Notes: generated by a model from the letters alone, not told the origin. Counted from the first letter of the stretch, positions 16,817-25,912 are shown. The stretch is DNA of 40,956 nucleotides from an uncultured Candidatus Saccharibacteria bacterium (GCA_964566875.1 CAZMJM010000002.1:5324-46279), one strand, 5' to 3'. Program-made: numbers and translations.

Positions 16817-18457
16817 TTATTCCTGATAATCAGGAGGTATTTCGTAAAGGTGGATGATAAAATCCGCCATCTGCTTGAAAATCGGCACTGCGGAATATTC
16901 GGCCGTATTGGTATTAGGATTGTCCAGCTTTACCATAATCAGGAATCTTGGATTGAAGGCCGGAGCAAATCCGACAAAACTCTGGACGGTCTTTTCGGAG
17001 TATCCTTCTTTGGCAATTCCTAAGGCACCGTAGGAAACCTGGGCGGTACCGGTCTTACCGGCCACAAAGTATCCAGGCACGCCGGCCGCCTTGGCATAAC
17101 CGTTTTTTACCACGCTGATAAGCATGGCTGTCAGGTCAGATGCCGTTTTGGGGGAAATAATGCGTTCCCCCCGCGCAATCTGTTCGTTCCCTATAAGATT
17201 GTCCTGAGACGAAACCTTTTGTACCAGATAAGGGGTAATGAGCTTCCCTCCGTTGGCAATGGCAGAATAAGCTCTTATCAGTTGAACAGGGGTCATTTCA
17301 ATTCCTTGTCCAAAGGAGGCTGTGGCGAAGTTTACCTCCCGGCCATTTTTCAGTTCCTTGTTTGAAGAATAGGTTTCCTGGATATCTATTCCGCTTGGTT
17401 CAAAAAATCCGAACTTTTCGATATATTTCATGAAAGAACTGGGGCCCAACCTTTTTTCGACAAAAACAGCTCCCGTGTTTATGGACTTTTCCAGGACATT
17501 GGTCATGGTCAAAGGTCCCCCATAACTCCTCTGTCCGTAATTATAAATAGTTTCTCCGGAGACAGTCACCGAGCCCTCATCAAAATAGGTGGTGTCGGGC
17601 GTTATTCTGTTTTCCTCCAGGGCGGCTGCCATGGTTATGGGTTTAAAAACGGACCCCGGCTCAAACAGATTTTGAGTGGAGGGATTTCTGAATATCTCCA
17701 GGTTTCCCTCTTTGGCGTATTCTTCGTAATTGTTGGGGTTGAAATTTTCCAGATTGGCCATGGCCAGAATTTCTCCAGAATTCGGTTCCACGACAATTAT
17801 CTGGCCTCCTTCTATCGCCAGGTTCTCGGCTGCTTCTTTCAGCATCTGTTCGGCTTTAAACTGGATGTCATAATCCAGGGTCAACGTAAGATCGCTTCCC
17901 TTTGTCTGTTCCGTCAGGCTGGGCTCTCCTTCCAGGGTCTCATTATAGAACTCCTCGAGGCCGTACTGGCCTTTCTGTTCTGCCCCCATAAATCCTATTA
18001 TCTGGGAAGCCAACTCTTCCTGCGGGTAGTATCGGCCTTCTTCCTGAGCCAGGTAGATTCCGTCGATATCAAGCTCCCTGACCTTCGCCACCTCTTCTTC
18101 CGTTAACTTTCTCTTCAATAGGGCGTAGAAATTGTTCTGGCCCATCCTTTCCAGAAGGAAATTTTTATCCAATCCCAGCGCTGGGCTCAGTTTTTCTGCG
18201 GCATCATTCAGGTCGGTTATCTCTTTTGGCTGAGCAAAAACCAGGAACCACTCCATGTTGATGGCCAGGGACTTGCCGTCCCTCAGAAAGATCTCTCCTC
18301 TCTCCGAACCTTCTTCGGCAAAGCTTATGTGCAGTCCTTGAGAGAGGGCTCTATAAAAGTCTCCGTCGCGTATTTGAATAAAAACCAAGCGACCGGTGAT
18401 AGTCGCTGAAATGAGAAGGAAAACAACAAAAATGAAATTAATCCTCAAATTTTTCAT
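16817..18457 (-). CDS. ftsI: Penicillin-binding protein 2 / FtsI-type transpeptidase
   Basis: N-terminal TM helix and PBP dimerisation region. SxxK (SVFK), SxN (SIN), KTGT. Confidence 0.9.
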   Translation of the reverse strand: MKNLRINFIFVVFLLISATITGRLVFIQIRDGDFYRALSQGLHISFAEEGSERGEIFLRDGKSLAINMEWFLVFAQPKEITDLNDAAEKLSPALGLDKNFLLERMGQNNFYALLKRKLTEEEVAKVRELDIDGIYLAQEEGRYYPQEELASQIIGFMGAEQKGQYGLEEFYNETLEGEPSLTEQTKGSDLTLTLDYDIQFKAEQMLKEAAENLAIEGGQIIVVEPNSGEILAMANLENFNPNNYEEYAKEGNLEIFRNPSTQNLFEPGSVFKPITMAAALEENRITPDTTYFDEGSVTVSGETIYNYGQRSYGGPLTMTNVLEKSINTGAVFVEKRLGPSSFMKYIEKFGFFEPSGIDIQETYSSNKELKNGREVNFATASFGQGIEMTPVQLIRAYSAIANGGKLITPYLVQKVSSQDNLIGNEQIARGERIISPKTASDLTAMLISVVKNGYAKAAGVPGYFVAGKTGTAQVSYGALGIAKEGYSEKTVQSFVGFAPAFNPRFLIMVKLDNPNTNTAEYSAVPIFKQMADFIIHLYEIPPDYQE

Positions 18458-18504
18458 TACGGCAGTCTTTATCAGAATTTCATTGCTTTAGGGAATTTTA
18501 ACAT

Positions 18505-18515
18505 ATTTTATCACA
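18505..18515 (-). promoter_or_regulatory. TGTGATAAAAT extended -10-like element upstream of ftsI
   Basis: Complement of attttatcaca, about 50 nt upstream of the ftsI ATG (18457). Confidence 0.35.
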
Positions 18516-18544
18516 GAATTTTACTCAAACTCCAGAAAAAATCA

Positions 18545-18841
18545 TTATTTGCTGGCCACCGACCCTGCCAGTACCTGAACGTATCTTATGTTGGTGGACT
18601 TTATGAATTCTCCGCCGGCCAGATACTGGTCTACCCGGGAGAGAGAATCCATTTTTGAGAGATTAATGTTCAACAGATCGTTTTTCTCAGCCAGAAATTG
18701 TAATTTTCTTTGATATTCGGTGAGCAGATATTCCTGTTGGGCCAGATTGCCTATCTGGAAGATATAAAAAGCCGCCAGTAGGAAAAATAAAATGACAGCG
18801 GGTACCCAGACGAGATTGACGGTTAAAGTTTTGGTTCTCAT
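18545..18841 (-). CDS. ftsL: FtsL-like cell division protein
   Basis: 98 aa with a single TM helix plus a coiled-coil. Sits between rsmH and ftsI as in dcw clusters. Confidence 0.6.
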   Translation of the reverse strand: MRTKTLTVNLVWVPAVILFFLLAAFYIFQIGNLAQQEYLLTEYQRKLQFLAEKNDLLNINLSKMDSLSRVDQYLAGGEFIKSTNIRYVQVLAGSVASK

Positions 18842-19716
18842 AATAATTTTACTGCCGCCCTGAGCTTGGCGCTTCGCGAGCGGGGGTTGTTAATAATTTC
18901 CTCCCTAGATGGGACTATTGGTTTCTTTGTTAAAATTTTTATGGTGCCTTCCCGCGACTTTTCTCTGAAATAGTTTTTAACTATCTTGTCTTCCAGCGAA
19001 TGAAAAGAGATAACCACCATTCTTCCTCCCTCCTCCAGTATGTCCTGGGCTTGCGGCAGAGTCTGTTCCAATGCTTCCAGTTCTCCGTTGACGGCTATCC
19101 TCAGGGCTTGAAAGGTCTTGGTGGCAAAATGCCTCTTTCGGTAGCGGTACCAGGGCGGAACGCTCCTTTTAATGGTTTCGGCTAATCGGGCGGTGGTCAC
19201 AATGTTCCCCTGTTTCCTCTCTCTTGCTATCCCGCGCGCTATGCTCCTGGCAAACCTCTCCTGGCCGTAGTTCCTCAGTATCCCGGCAATATCTGCAGCT
19301 GGCCATCCATTTATTATATCGGATGCGGTCTTGTCGCTGAATTCTTTGTTATACCGCATGTCAAGGGGTTCATCTTTCTGGAAAGAGAATCCCCTTCCGC
19401 TTTCCTCCAGATGCCAGCTGCAGATGCCGAGGTCGAACAGGATACCGTGCACGGAACTGAAGCCTTTTTCTCTTATTATCTTTTTCAGATTAACGTAAGA
19501 GTCGTTAACCAATATCAGTCTTTCCCTATTAAGTTTTTTTAACCCTCTGTAAATTTCCGGGGTCAATTCGATTCCCAATACCTTTCCTCGAGGTTTGATT
19601 TTTTCGAGGATGGAGAAGCTGTGTCCCGCCTCTCCAATTGTAGCGTCGACAAAATTTTGATTGGATTCAGGGTTTAAAAATTCTATAACCTCTTTTTTAA
19701 AAACGCTCGTGTGCAT
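18838..19716 (-). CDS. rsmH: 16S rRNA (cytosine1402-N4)-methyltransferase RsmH
   Basis: MHTSVFKKEV...DATIGEAGHS and DLGICSWHLE motifs. The ATG at 19716 overlaps the mraZ stop (TAATG). The ORF-track extension to 19791 is unlikely. Confidence 0.9.
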   Translation of the reverse strand: MHTSVFKKEVIEFLNPESNQNFVDATIGEAGHSFSILEKIKPRGKVLGIELTPEIYRGLKKLNRERLILVNDSYVNLKKIIREKGFSSVHGILFDLGICSWHLEESGRGFSFQKDEPLDMRYNKEFSDKTASDIINGWPAADIAGILRNYGQERFARSIARGIARERKQGNIVTTARLAETIKRSVPPWYRYRKRHFATKTFQALRIAVNGELEALEQTLPQAQDILEEGGRMVVISFHSLEDKIVKNYFREKSREGTIKILTKKPIVPSREEIINNPRSRSAKLRAAVKLL

Positions 19717-20147
19717 TAAATTCCCAACTCCTCCAGCCGGTCGGGCATATCCTCTATCTCCTTCTCCTTCTTCTGTCTGTATTGTTTCCATTTGGCCTCA
19801 TCCCAGACTTCAATCTTATTGGAAAGCCCTATGACCACTACGTTTTTCCTTAAAGAGGCATATTCCTTTAAATAATCGGGTATTAAAATTCTTCCCAGCT
19901 TATCCAGGGTGACGTCTACCGCCCCGGAAAGAATCATCCTGACAAATCCCCTGGCGTCCATCTTGGTGCTGGGCAGATTCTCCAATTTTTTAGCTAAGTT
20001 CTTCCATTCCACCATCGGATACAGGGTGAGACAGCTGTCTATGCCGCGAGTCACCACGGCTTTTTTGCCTAAATCCCCTCTGAATTTGGAGGGTATAGCC
20101 AGTCTTTTTTTGCTGTCTATGGTGTGTGAGTATTCTCCTATAAACAT
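19716..20147 (-). CDS. mraZ: Transcriptional regulator MraZ
   Basis: MFIGEYSHTIDSKKRLAIPSKFR and a second SpoVT/AbrB-like repeat LDKLGRILIP. The ORF-track start at 20192 is GTG and adds 15 non-conserved residues. Confidence 0.9.
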   Translation of the reverse strand: MFIGEYSHTIDSKKRLAIPSKFRGDLGKKAVVTRGIDSCLTLYPMVEWKNLAKKLENLPSTKMDARGFVRMILSGAVDVTLDKLGRILIPDYLKEYASLRKNVVVIGLSNKIEVWDEAKWKQYRQKKEKEIEDMPDRLEELGI

Positions 20148-20152
20148 GCGGG

Positions 20153-20305
20153 TTATCCACAGTTGGAGGGGGTTATTAACATAGTTATCCACAATCTCCC
20201 ACCTCTAATCACATTATCTCCACTTTTAGGGTTATAGTCAACTGTTTATACCACTCATCGCTAAAATAAGTATAAAAATCAATAGTTGTCCACAGGAAAT
20301 CCACA
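20153..20305 (-). promoter_or_regulatory. Four co-oriented TTATCCACA-type boxes flanking the mraZ promoter
   Basis: TTATCCACA at 20153-20161 and 20185-20193 (both perfect), TTGTCCACA at 20286-20294, AAATCCACA at 20297-20305. Confidence 0.5.
20213..20241 (-). promoter_or_regulatory. Candidate dcw/mraZ promoter
   Basis: On the minus strand: TTGACT (complement of 20236-20241), 17-nt spacer, GATAAT (complement of 20213-20218). Confidence 0.6.
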
Positions 20306-20340
20306 GTCATCCCCTTATAAATATTACTTTTATTTCCAAT

Positions 20341-20370
20341 AAAAAATAAAAAACTCCCATTGTCAGGGAG
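20341..20370 (-). terminator. Intrinsic terminator after the Clp-like ATPase gene
   Basis: Stem ctccc/gggag (20354-20358/20366-20370). On the minus strand it is followed by TTTTTTATTTTTT. Confidence 0.55.
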
Positions 20371-20402
20371 CTGCCATATAAAACCTTATTAATGCCTATG
20401 CA

Positions 20403-22994
20403 TTAAGGGTTTATTATTAATTCAAAGTTTTCCGGGTTAATTTTTATACTGTCCCCTTTCTTCACCTTGTTGGAGAGTAAGGCCCTGGCCAGGGCATTGC
20501 CGACCCTGTCCTGAATAACCCTGCTCATTTCCCTGGCTCCGAATTTCGGATTATAGCTCAGGTCCACTATTTTTTCTTTAAGCTCGGGAGTGATGATAAG
20601 AGCGATCTCTTTTTGTTTGAGGTTTCTCTTTATCTTGCCCAATAACAGCTCTGAGATATCAATCAGGTTCTCGCGGGTCAAGGACTTGAAAAGAACCACG
20701 GCATCGAAACGGTTGATGAATTCGGGTCTGAAAAGCCCTTCTTTAAAGAGGTATTCAAAGAGTTCTTCCTTTACCTCTTCTAATTCCCTGTTGCGCTTCA
20801 GCGCTTCAAGGATGATTAAATAACCGGCGTTGGAGGTGGCTATGATAATGGTGTTTCTGAAATCTACTTTCCTCCCCAGGCCGTCGGTAATGTGGCCTTC
20901 GTCCAACACCTGTAGGAAAAGATTCAGGATGTTGGGATGGGCTTTTTCTATCTCGTCCAATAAGATGAGAGAAAAGGGATTCTCTCTGACCCTGGTGGTT
21001 AGCAGCCCTTCTTCTCCGCTTGAACCTATCAGTCTCGGAATGTCTGCTACATCCTGGAACTCCGACATATCCAATCTTATCATTCGCTCCTCGGAACCGA
21101 AATATATGGCCGCCAGTGACTTTGAGGTTTCAGTCTTCCCCACTCCGGTGGGGCCTAAGAACAGAAAAGAGCCCATTGGAGCCTTCCTGATGCTTATCTC
21201 AGACCTCGCTCGCCTCAGGGCGTTGGATACTTCTTTGATAGCTTCTTCCTGGTTGACTATCCTTCTATGGAACAGCTCTTCCAGATTCAACAATATTTCC
21301 TTCTCTTTCTTTTCCACTTCTCCCACCGGTATTTCCGTCTTATCGGAAAATACCTTGGCTACCTGCCTGGGCAAGAGCAGTTTTTCCTTTTTCTGGGATA
21401 TGTAGACCATAGTTTCGTCCAAAAGCTCTATGGCTTTCTCCGGGAACGGAGTGCCCTGGAGATATTTTTCGCAATAAGAAAATATATCCCGCAGCGCCTG
21501 ATAAGAAACGAATTTGTCGTACTTTAATTCAAGACGCACGGCTAAATTTTCCAGGATGGCAAGAATTTCCCGCCGTGAAGCTTCCTCAACCTCAACCTTC
21601 TCGAAAAGATTAAGCAGCCCGGGGTTTTCTTCAATATATTTGTGGAGTCCCCGGTAATCGGTGACCGCAATTATCTGAAACTGGGGCATGCTGAGGTACG
21701 AAGCCAGTACTCCAGAGAGGTCCATTACTCCGGGCCGGCTGGGTCCTCCCACAAAGTTATGGAAGTCGTCTATCATCAGAATGACATTGCCGGCTGAAAC
21801 CGCCTCACTGAAAATTATCTCAAACATATCCCCGGATCCCTTTATGGTGTCGGCGCGGCTGATGAGACCCGCCACATCCAGCCTGAGAACCCTCTTATAA
21901 TTGAGTCCGGGCAGGCTCTGCCCCAGGGCGCTTCGTTCTATAAAGGCCTGGACTATGCTTTTACGGCCGCTTCCCGGTTCCCCTACTAAAAGGACATTGT
22001 TATCCTGTTCCCTGGATAATACCCTTTCCACCTCCTCGATGGATCCTTGATGCCCGACCACCTCTGGAAACCCCAGCGCTTGGTACTGTGTGGTCAGGTC
22101 GGTAGAGAATTTATCCAGCGTTATGGTGTACCCTGCGGCCCACTCTCTCCCCAGAGAACCGATTTTGAGCAGGTTTTTCATCTCCCAAAACTTCCTCAGG
22201 CTCTGCCTCGTTTCCTGAAGCCGTTCCAGCCAATCTGTGATGTTGTCTATGTCCTCCGGTTTTAAATTGGCATTGAGCATTATTTTTTTGAGAATGGGGT
22301 CTACGGAAGCCAATCCGCAAAGGGTATCCCCGCAGCTTATCCGCTGGTGTCCCTTATGAGAAGCAGCATCAAGTGCTTTCAATATTACCTGCTCCAGGTC
22401 GGGGGAAAGCTCTGGCTTTCCGTCCGATTCCTTGCTTTTATTAAGAGGTGAATTTTTATCTATCTTGTTTATGGTCTTCAGGTTATCTTTCAGTATTTTC
22501 TTCACCTGTTTGACATTGATAAGAGCGCGATGAAAAACAAAATTGAGCTCGGGGTTATCTCTTAACAGGAAAAAAAACAATACCGAAGAATCGACATAAG
22601 ATATTTTTTTAGATCGACTGTATCTTTCGGCCTCAAAGAAAGCGCAGGCAGCCTCAAACCCCAGGAATTCTGCCAGGTTAAAATTATGAGGGTCTTCCGC
22701 CGCTACTCCCAGGTTAACGGAAAGGTCAGGATGTTTCAGTCGGGTTAGGAAAAATAACTCTTTCACCCAGGCCGCCAGCGTCAAGACCAGGAATATCAGA
22801 GTTGCGCCCAATAGCTTTCGGTTGAGCGGTTCGTTAAAGTTTGAAAATAGAAATCCGTAAAGGAAAGAAAAAAGGCTGATAAGATAAAGCAGAAGAAAAA
22901 CCTTTTTGAAAATTCCTGCATAGCCCAAAAGCATGTTCCTTTTCCAGAGGACCGCTTTTACGATGGGGGTTTTTTCCAACTGGAAATTGAGCAT
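20403..22994 (-). CDS. Membrane-anchored two-module Clp/Hsp100 AAA+ ATPase (ClpC/ClpB-like)
   Basis: N-terminal TM helices and a Clp_N-like repeat. D1 P-loop GEPGSGRKS and Walker B MIDDF are both non-canonical. D2 has canonical GPTGVGKTE and LLDEIEKAH. Confidence 0.85.
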   Translation of the reverse strand: MLNFQLEKTPIVKAVLWKRNMLLGYAGIFKKVFLLLYLISLFSFLYGFLFSNFNEPLNRKLLGATLIFLVLTLAAWVKELFFLTRLKHPDLSVNLGVAAEDPHNFNLAEFLGFEAACAFFEAERYSRSKKISYVDSSVLFFFLLRDNPELNFVFHRALINVKQVKKILKDNLKTINKIDKNSPLNKSKESDGKPELSPDLEQVILKALDAASHKGHQRISCGDTLCGLASVDPILKKIMLNANLKPEDIDNITDWLERLQETRQSLRKFWEMKNLLKIGSLGREWAAGYTITLDKFSTDLTTQYQALGFPEVVGHQGSIEEVERVLSREQDNNVLLVGEPGSGRKSIVQAFIERSALGQSLPGLNYKRVLRLDVAGLISRADTIKGSGDMFEIIFSEAVSAGNVILMIDDFHNFVGGPSRPGVMDLSGVLASYLSMPQFQIIAVTDYRGLHKYIEENPGLLNLFEKVEVEEASRREILAILENLAVRLELKYDKFVSYQALRDIFSYCEKYLQGTPFPEKAIELLDETMVYISQKKEKLLLPRQVAKVFSDKTEIPVGEVEKKEKEILLNLEELFHRRIVNQEEAIKEVSNALRRARSEISIRKAPMGSFLFLGPTGVGKTETSKSLAAIYFGSEERMIRLDMSEFQDVADIPRLIGSSGEEGLLTTRVRENPFSLILLDEIEKAHPNILNLFLQVLDEGHITDGLGRKVDFRNTIIIATSNAGYLIILEALKRNRELEEVKEELFEYLFKEGLFRPEFINRFDAVVLFKSLTRENLIDISELLLGKIKRNLKQKEIALIITPELKEKIVDLSYNPKFGAREMSRVIQDRVGNALARALLSNKVKKGDSIKINPENFELIINP

Positions 22995-22998
22995 GTTT

Positions 22999-23412
22999 CT
23001 AATAAAAAAACAGCCGCAGGCCGTTAAAGGATGCCCATACCAAAAATAAAGGCAGTATGATCCAGGCTGTAAATAATAGTAATCCGGCCGCCGCTATCAG
23101 GATTTCCACCGCTATCCCGGCCACTATCATAACGCTTCGGAAGAGTGCTCCCAATATTCGAAAAATGAGATTGGAGAAGAAGGACTCGAAATAAGCCCAG
23201 GGGTCAAATCCTCTTGGGTAACCCCAATAGTATCTTCTCCACGGCGCAAAAAAAGTCTTAAACAGCAGGGGGACGGAAAAATAATTCATTCCAAACCTCA
23301 AAAAATTACCCCACGCCTTAAGAATGAAAAGCGGAGCTTCCCAAAACTGCCATATCAGCCATTTCCAAATGGTATTTTCCGATATTGTTTCCATGGTTCC
23401 ATTATAACACAA
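22999..23412 (-). CDS. Hypothetical membrane protein
   Basis: Hydrophobic helices, tight spacing with neighbours, no recognisable family. Confidence 0.5.
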   Translation of the reverse strand: MCYNGTMETISENTIWKWLIWQFWEAPLFILKAWGNFLRFGMNYFSVPLLFKTFFAPWRRYYWGYPRGFDPWAYFESFFSNLIFRILGALFRSVMIVAGIAVEILIAAAGLLLFTAWIILPLFLVWASFNGLRLFFY

Positions 23413-23435
23413 ACGCTTTTTGCCGCGCCTGAGGT

Positions 23436-23792
23436 TTATTTCCGTATGAGCTTGACGCCTAATTCCGCTATCTTGGAGCCGCCGAAGATGAGAACGCTGG
23501 CTCCGATGGCCCAGGTTGCCAGATTGAAGGTTTTAAACAGGGACTCTTGCGATATCATTTCATTCAATTGGTCTTTCAGCTGTTGGGATATCATTTCCTG
23601 CACTTCCTGCGCACTGGTGGGGAAACCCGATGGGGTGGCAGTGGGAACGCCAGTCTCAGCGGCTTTCACCTCAAAGATTTGAGGTACTTCAAGCTGTCCG
23701 GTAAAAACGTTATAGGAATAATAGAGAGTAAAAAGGATAATTGATATGCCGGCCGCGAAGGTGACCCAACCTATAATATTTGAAGATTCCAT
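23436..23792 (-). CDS. Hypothetical membrane protein (two TM helices)
   Basis: TM helices at the N- and C-termini, no recognisable family. Confidence 0.5.
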   Translation of the reverse strand: MESSNIIGWVTFAAGISIILFTLYYSYNVFTGQLEVPQIFEVKAAETGVPTATPSGFPTSAQEVQEMISQQLKDQLNEMISQESLFKTFNLATWAIGASVLIFGGSKIAELGVKLIRK

Positions 23793-23827
23793 ATTTTTAT
23801 ATGTTGAATTTTTGACCTTTAATAATG

Positions 23828-24496
23828 TTATTTTCTAATCTCAACCCAGCGGTATTTGCCGAATTGGTCTTTATAGAACTTGAATGAAGAATATTTGTCC
23901 CGCAGAACGTCTTTGAGGTATTCCTTTTGGAGAGGGTCAAACTCCAGGAAAACTATCCCCTTTCTCTTTAAAAATCCCCTCGCCTCCTTAAGGAATCTTG
24001 TTATGTGCCCCAGCCCCTTTTTGCCGGAAAAAAGAGCTTCTTTGGGTTCGTATTCCAGGGCAGAATCCTCCACCTCTTCCTTCCTTTCTTCCGCCACATA
24101 GGGAGGATTGGCCAGGATTACCTCATACCTTCTTCCCTTCTCTATTCCTTCGAAAAATTTCGACCTTATTATTTTATACCGCCCGGCAGGAATTTCATTG
24201 ATTCTCAGATTGATTCTTATCTGAGACAGAGCCCTTTTGCTGCTCTCAGCGAAATCGATTCTCTCACAGAGTGTGGGAAGGGCTTTTGCCACCGCTATCC
24301 CTATGCATCCGCTTCCCGCAAACATATCCAGCGCCTGGAAGGGTCTGGGGAAAGACTCTCTTATCTTCTTTATTGCCGCTGCCACCCAGTATTCCGTTTC
24401 CATCCTGGGGATGAAAACTTTCCTGGATAAGTCTATGCGGCAGCCTAAGAAATGGGAAACCCCTGACAGATATTCTTCTGGGAGAGGAACCTTCAT
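23828..24496 (-). CDS. prmC: Release-factor glutamine N5-methyltransferase (PrmC/HemK family, no N-terminal helical domain)
   Basis: DMFAGSGCIGIAVA SAM motif and NPPY motif (ILANPPYVA). The ATG at 24496 overlaps the upstream stop as ATGA. Confidence 0.8.
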   Translation of the reverse strand: MKVPLPEEYLSGVSHFLGCRIDLSRKVFIPRMETEYWVAAAIKKIRESFPRPFQALDMFAGSGCIGIAVAKALPTLCERIDFAESSKRALSQIRINLRINEIPAGRYKIIRSKFFEGIEKGRRYEVILANPPYVAEERKEEVEDSALEYEPKEALFSGKKGLGHITRFLKEARGFLKRKGIVFLEFDPLQKEYLKDVLRDKYSSFKFYKDQFGKYRWVEIRK

Positions 24497-24834
24497 TCTT
24501 TTAAGAGTTTTTCGAGTTCCCACAGCGTATCTTCCGGTATGGGGGGCGCTTCCCCTTTCGGGCTGATTCCGGGATAACGCCAGGCGCTTATTATCTTAAT
24601 GTTTTTATTACCCGCCGACAGAACCTTCTGATACATCATCCATATTTCGGTGGGGTGTTTTTTGGTGCCTGCTCTCTGCATGGCGGCTACGGTCTGGGGG
24701 GCGATACCCAGTTGTTTTCTGTCAGGGTCTCTCATGACCCTTTTGACCCGGCTTTTGGATAAGCCGTAATACTTCATTTTCCTTTCCGAATGCCTGGTCC
24801 AAACTATTTTATCGGCAGGCTTTATCAGTTTCAT
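24493..24834 (-). CDS. Small protein, DUF4258-like (toxin-like fold suspected)
   Basis: IVWTRHSERKMKYYGLSKSRVKRVM resembles the DUF4258 H-x-x-x-R-x-x-x-R-G-I motif. Weak, by eye only. Confidence 0.4.
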   Translation of the reverse strand: MKLIKPADKIVWTRHSERKMKYYGLSKSRVKRVMRDPDRKQLGIAPQTVAAMQRAGTKKHPTEIWMMYQKVLSAGNKNIKIISAWRYPGISPKGEAPPIPEDTLWELEKLLKE

Positions 24835-25679
24835 TATTCTAAGAGAAGCCCTGCTTCTTCCCGCAGTTTTTCTATTTCTCTTGGCGAAATCTTCAGCCTG
24901 CTGGCCAGACTCTTGGTGGAGAATTCCAAAATATCCCGCGCCATCATTATTCTTTCTCTGGCGAAAATTTCCTTAAAGTACCTCTTGAACGAAGGGAGGA
25001 TGGTAATGGGATAGAGATTTTGTTTCTCTATCATTTTTTCCAACCCCCTCCTTGGAGGAAATTTCCAGCCCAGGAGGTCTATATCAGTGCATCTGGCGTA
25101 TCTTTTAATTTCGGAAGTGAATTTGACATTGGTAACTATCAGCGGTCTCACCTTCTGTCTCTTAAAATAGGTTCCCTTCTTTATGTCCAGGAACCTGGCG
25201 TAGCTGATCAGGCCTACTTTCAGGTCCACCCGGTTGCCGGCCTGGTGATGATATTTGCACTCAGCCAGGTGGACAACCCCGCCCTTTTTGGCGACAAAAT
25301 CTATTTCATAAGAGCCTATGCAGAAACCGGGGATTAGCTGGTTCATTTCCACTTCAAATCCGTTTCTGGTGAAGACTTCCCCTACATATTTTTCAAAGTC
25401 AAATCCGCTGGGTCCCAGCTTCCTCATGGCGTCTTTCAGGGAAAATTTGATTCCCGAACGAAAGGAGGTTCCTATGAGCCGCTGTTTTACGGAATTGAAT
25501 ATCTCCGAAGTCTCAATGCCCGGATACACCTCGCTCCTTATCTGTTCGGCGATATCCCTGGCCAATCCCTTGGAAGCGCCTATCCTGCGGCACGAATTAT
25601 AAACCTTACGAAAGGAAAATGGCTCTCTTTCTCCCCTATTGTTTATGACGTAAATCTTTTCTTCGGCCATTATAACCAT
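24834..25679 (-). CDS. ATP-cone domain fused to a PD-(D/E)xK (Mrr_cat-like) restriction-endonuclease domain
   Basis: N-terminal ATP-cone pattern (KIYVINNRGEREPFSFRKV...). Nuclease core YEIDFVAKK...VHLAECKYH. Confidence 0.78.
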   Translation of the reverse strand: MVIMAEEKIYVINNRGEREPFSFRKVYNSCRRIGASKGLARDIAEQIRSEVYPGIETSEIFNSVKQRLIGTSFRSGIKFSLKDAMRKLGPSGFDFEKYVGEVFTRNGFEVEMNQLIPGFCIGSYEIDFVAKKGGVVHLAECKYHHQAGNRVDLKVGLISYARFLDIKKGTYFKRQKVRPLIVTNVKFTSEIKRYARCTDIDLLGWKFPPRRGLEKMIEKQNLYPITILPSFKRYFKEIFARERIMMARDILEFSTKSLASRLKISPREIEKLREEAGLLLE

Positions 25680-25719
25680 TGTAAAAGAAATTCTTCCTCT
25701 TTGGAAGTATGTTTTCTCT

Positions 25720-25755
25720 AAAATAAAAAAAGAGAAAATAATTTATATTTTCTCT
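25720..25755 (-). terminator. Intrinsic terminator after the zinc-ribbon miniprotein genes
   Basis: Stem agagaaaat/attttctct (25731-25739/25747-25755). On the minus strand it is followed by TTTTTTATTTT. Confidence 0.6.
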
Positions 25756-25761
25756 AAAAAA

Positions 25762-25893
25762 TTAATATAGAGGTTCATTGCAGTTGATGCAATGTTGACC
25801 CCTGTCCCATCTTATTGAATTAATGGGATTCGCTTCGCCGCAATTCGGGCAGTAACAGACCGATTTTTTTCCAATCGATTCCATAGGCGGCAT
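25762..25893 (-). CDS. Zinc-ribbon miniprotein MPPMESIGKKSVCYCPNCGEANPINSIRWDRGQHCINCNEPLY (43 aa, below the ORF-track cutoff)
   Basis: CPNC...CINC knuckles. Starts 19 nt after the upstream ORF and is followed by a terminator. Confidence 0.5.
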   Translation of the reverse strand: MPPMESIGKKSVCYCPNCGEANPINSIRWDRGQHCINCNEPLY

Positions 25894-25912
25894 TCTAACG
25901 GGGACCAGACCC

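Noticed and set aside
20148-20402. Calling this region oriC
   Set aside because: DnaA-box-like repeats and an AT-rich stretch are present. However, there is no dnaA/dnaN adjacency and no strand-bias switch here, since genes on both sides are co-directional. The boxes also sit around a good mraZ promoter. It is kept only as an alternative hypothesis in the findings.
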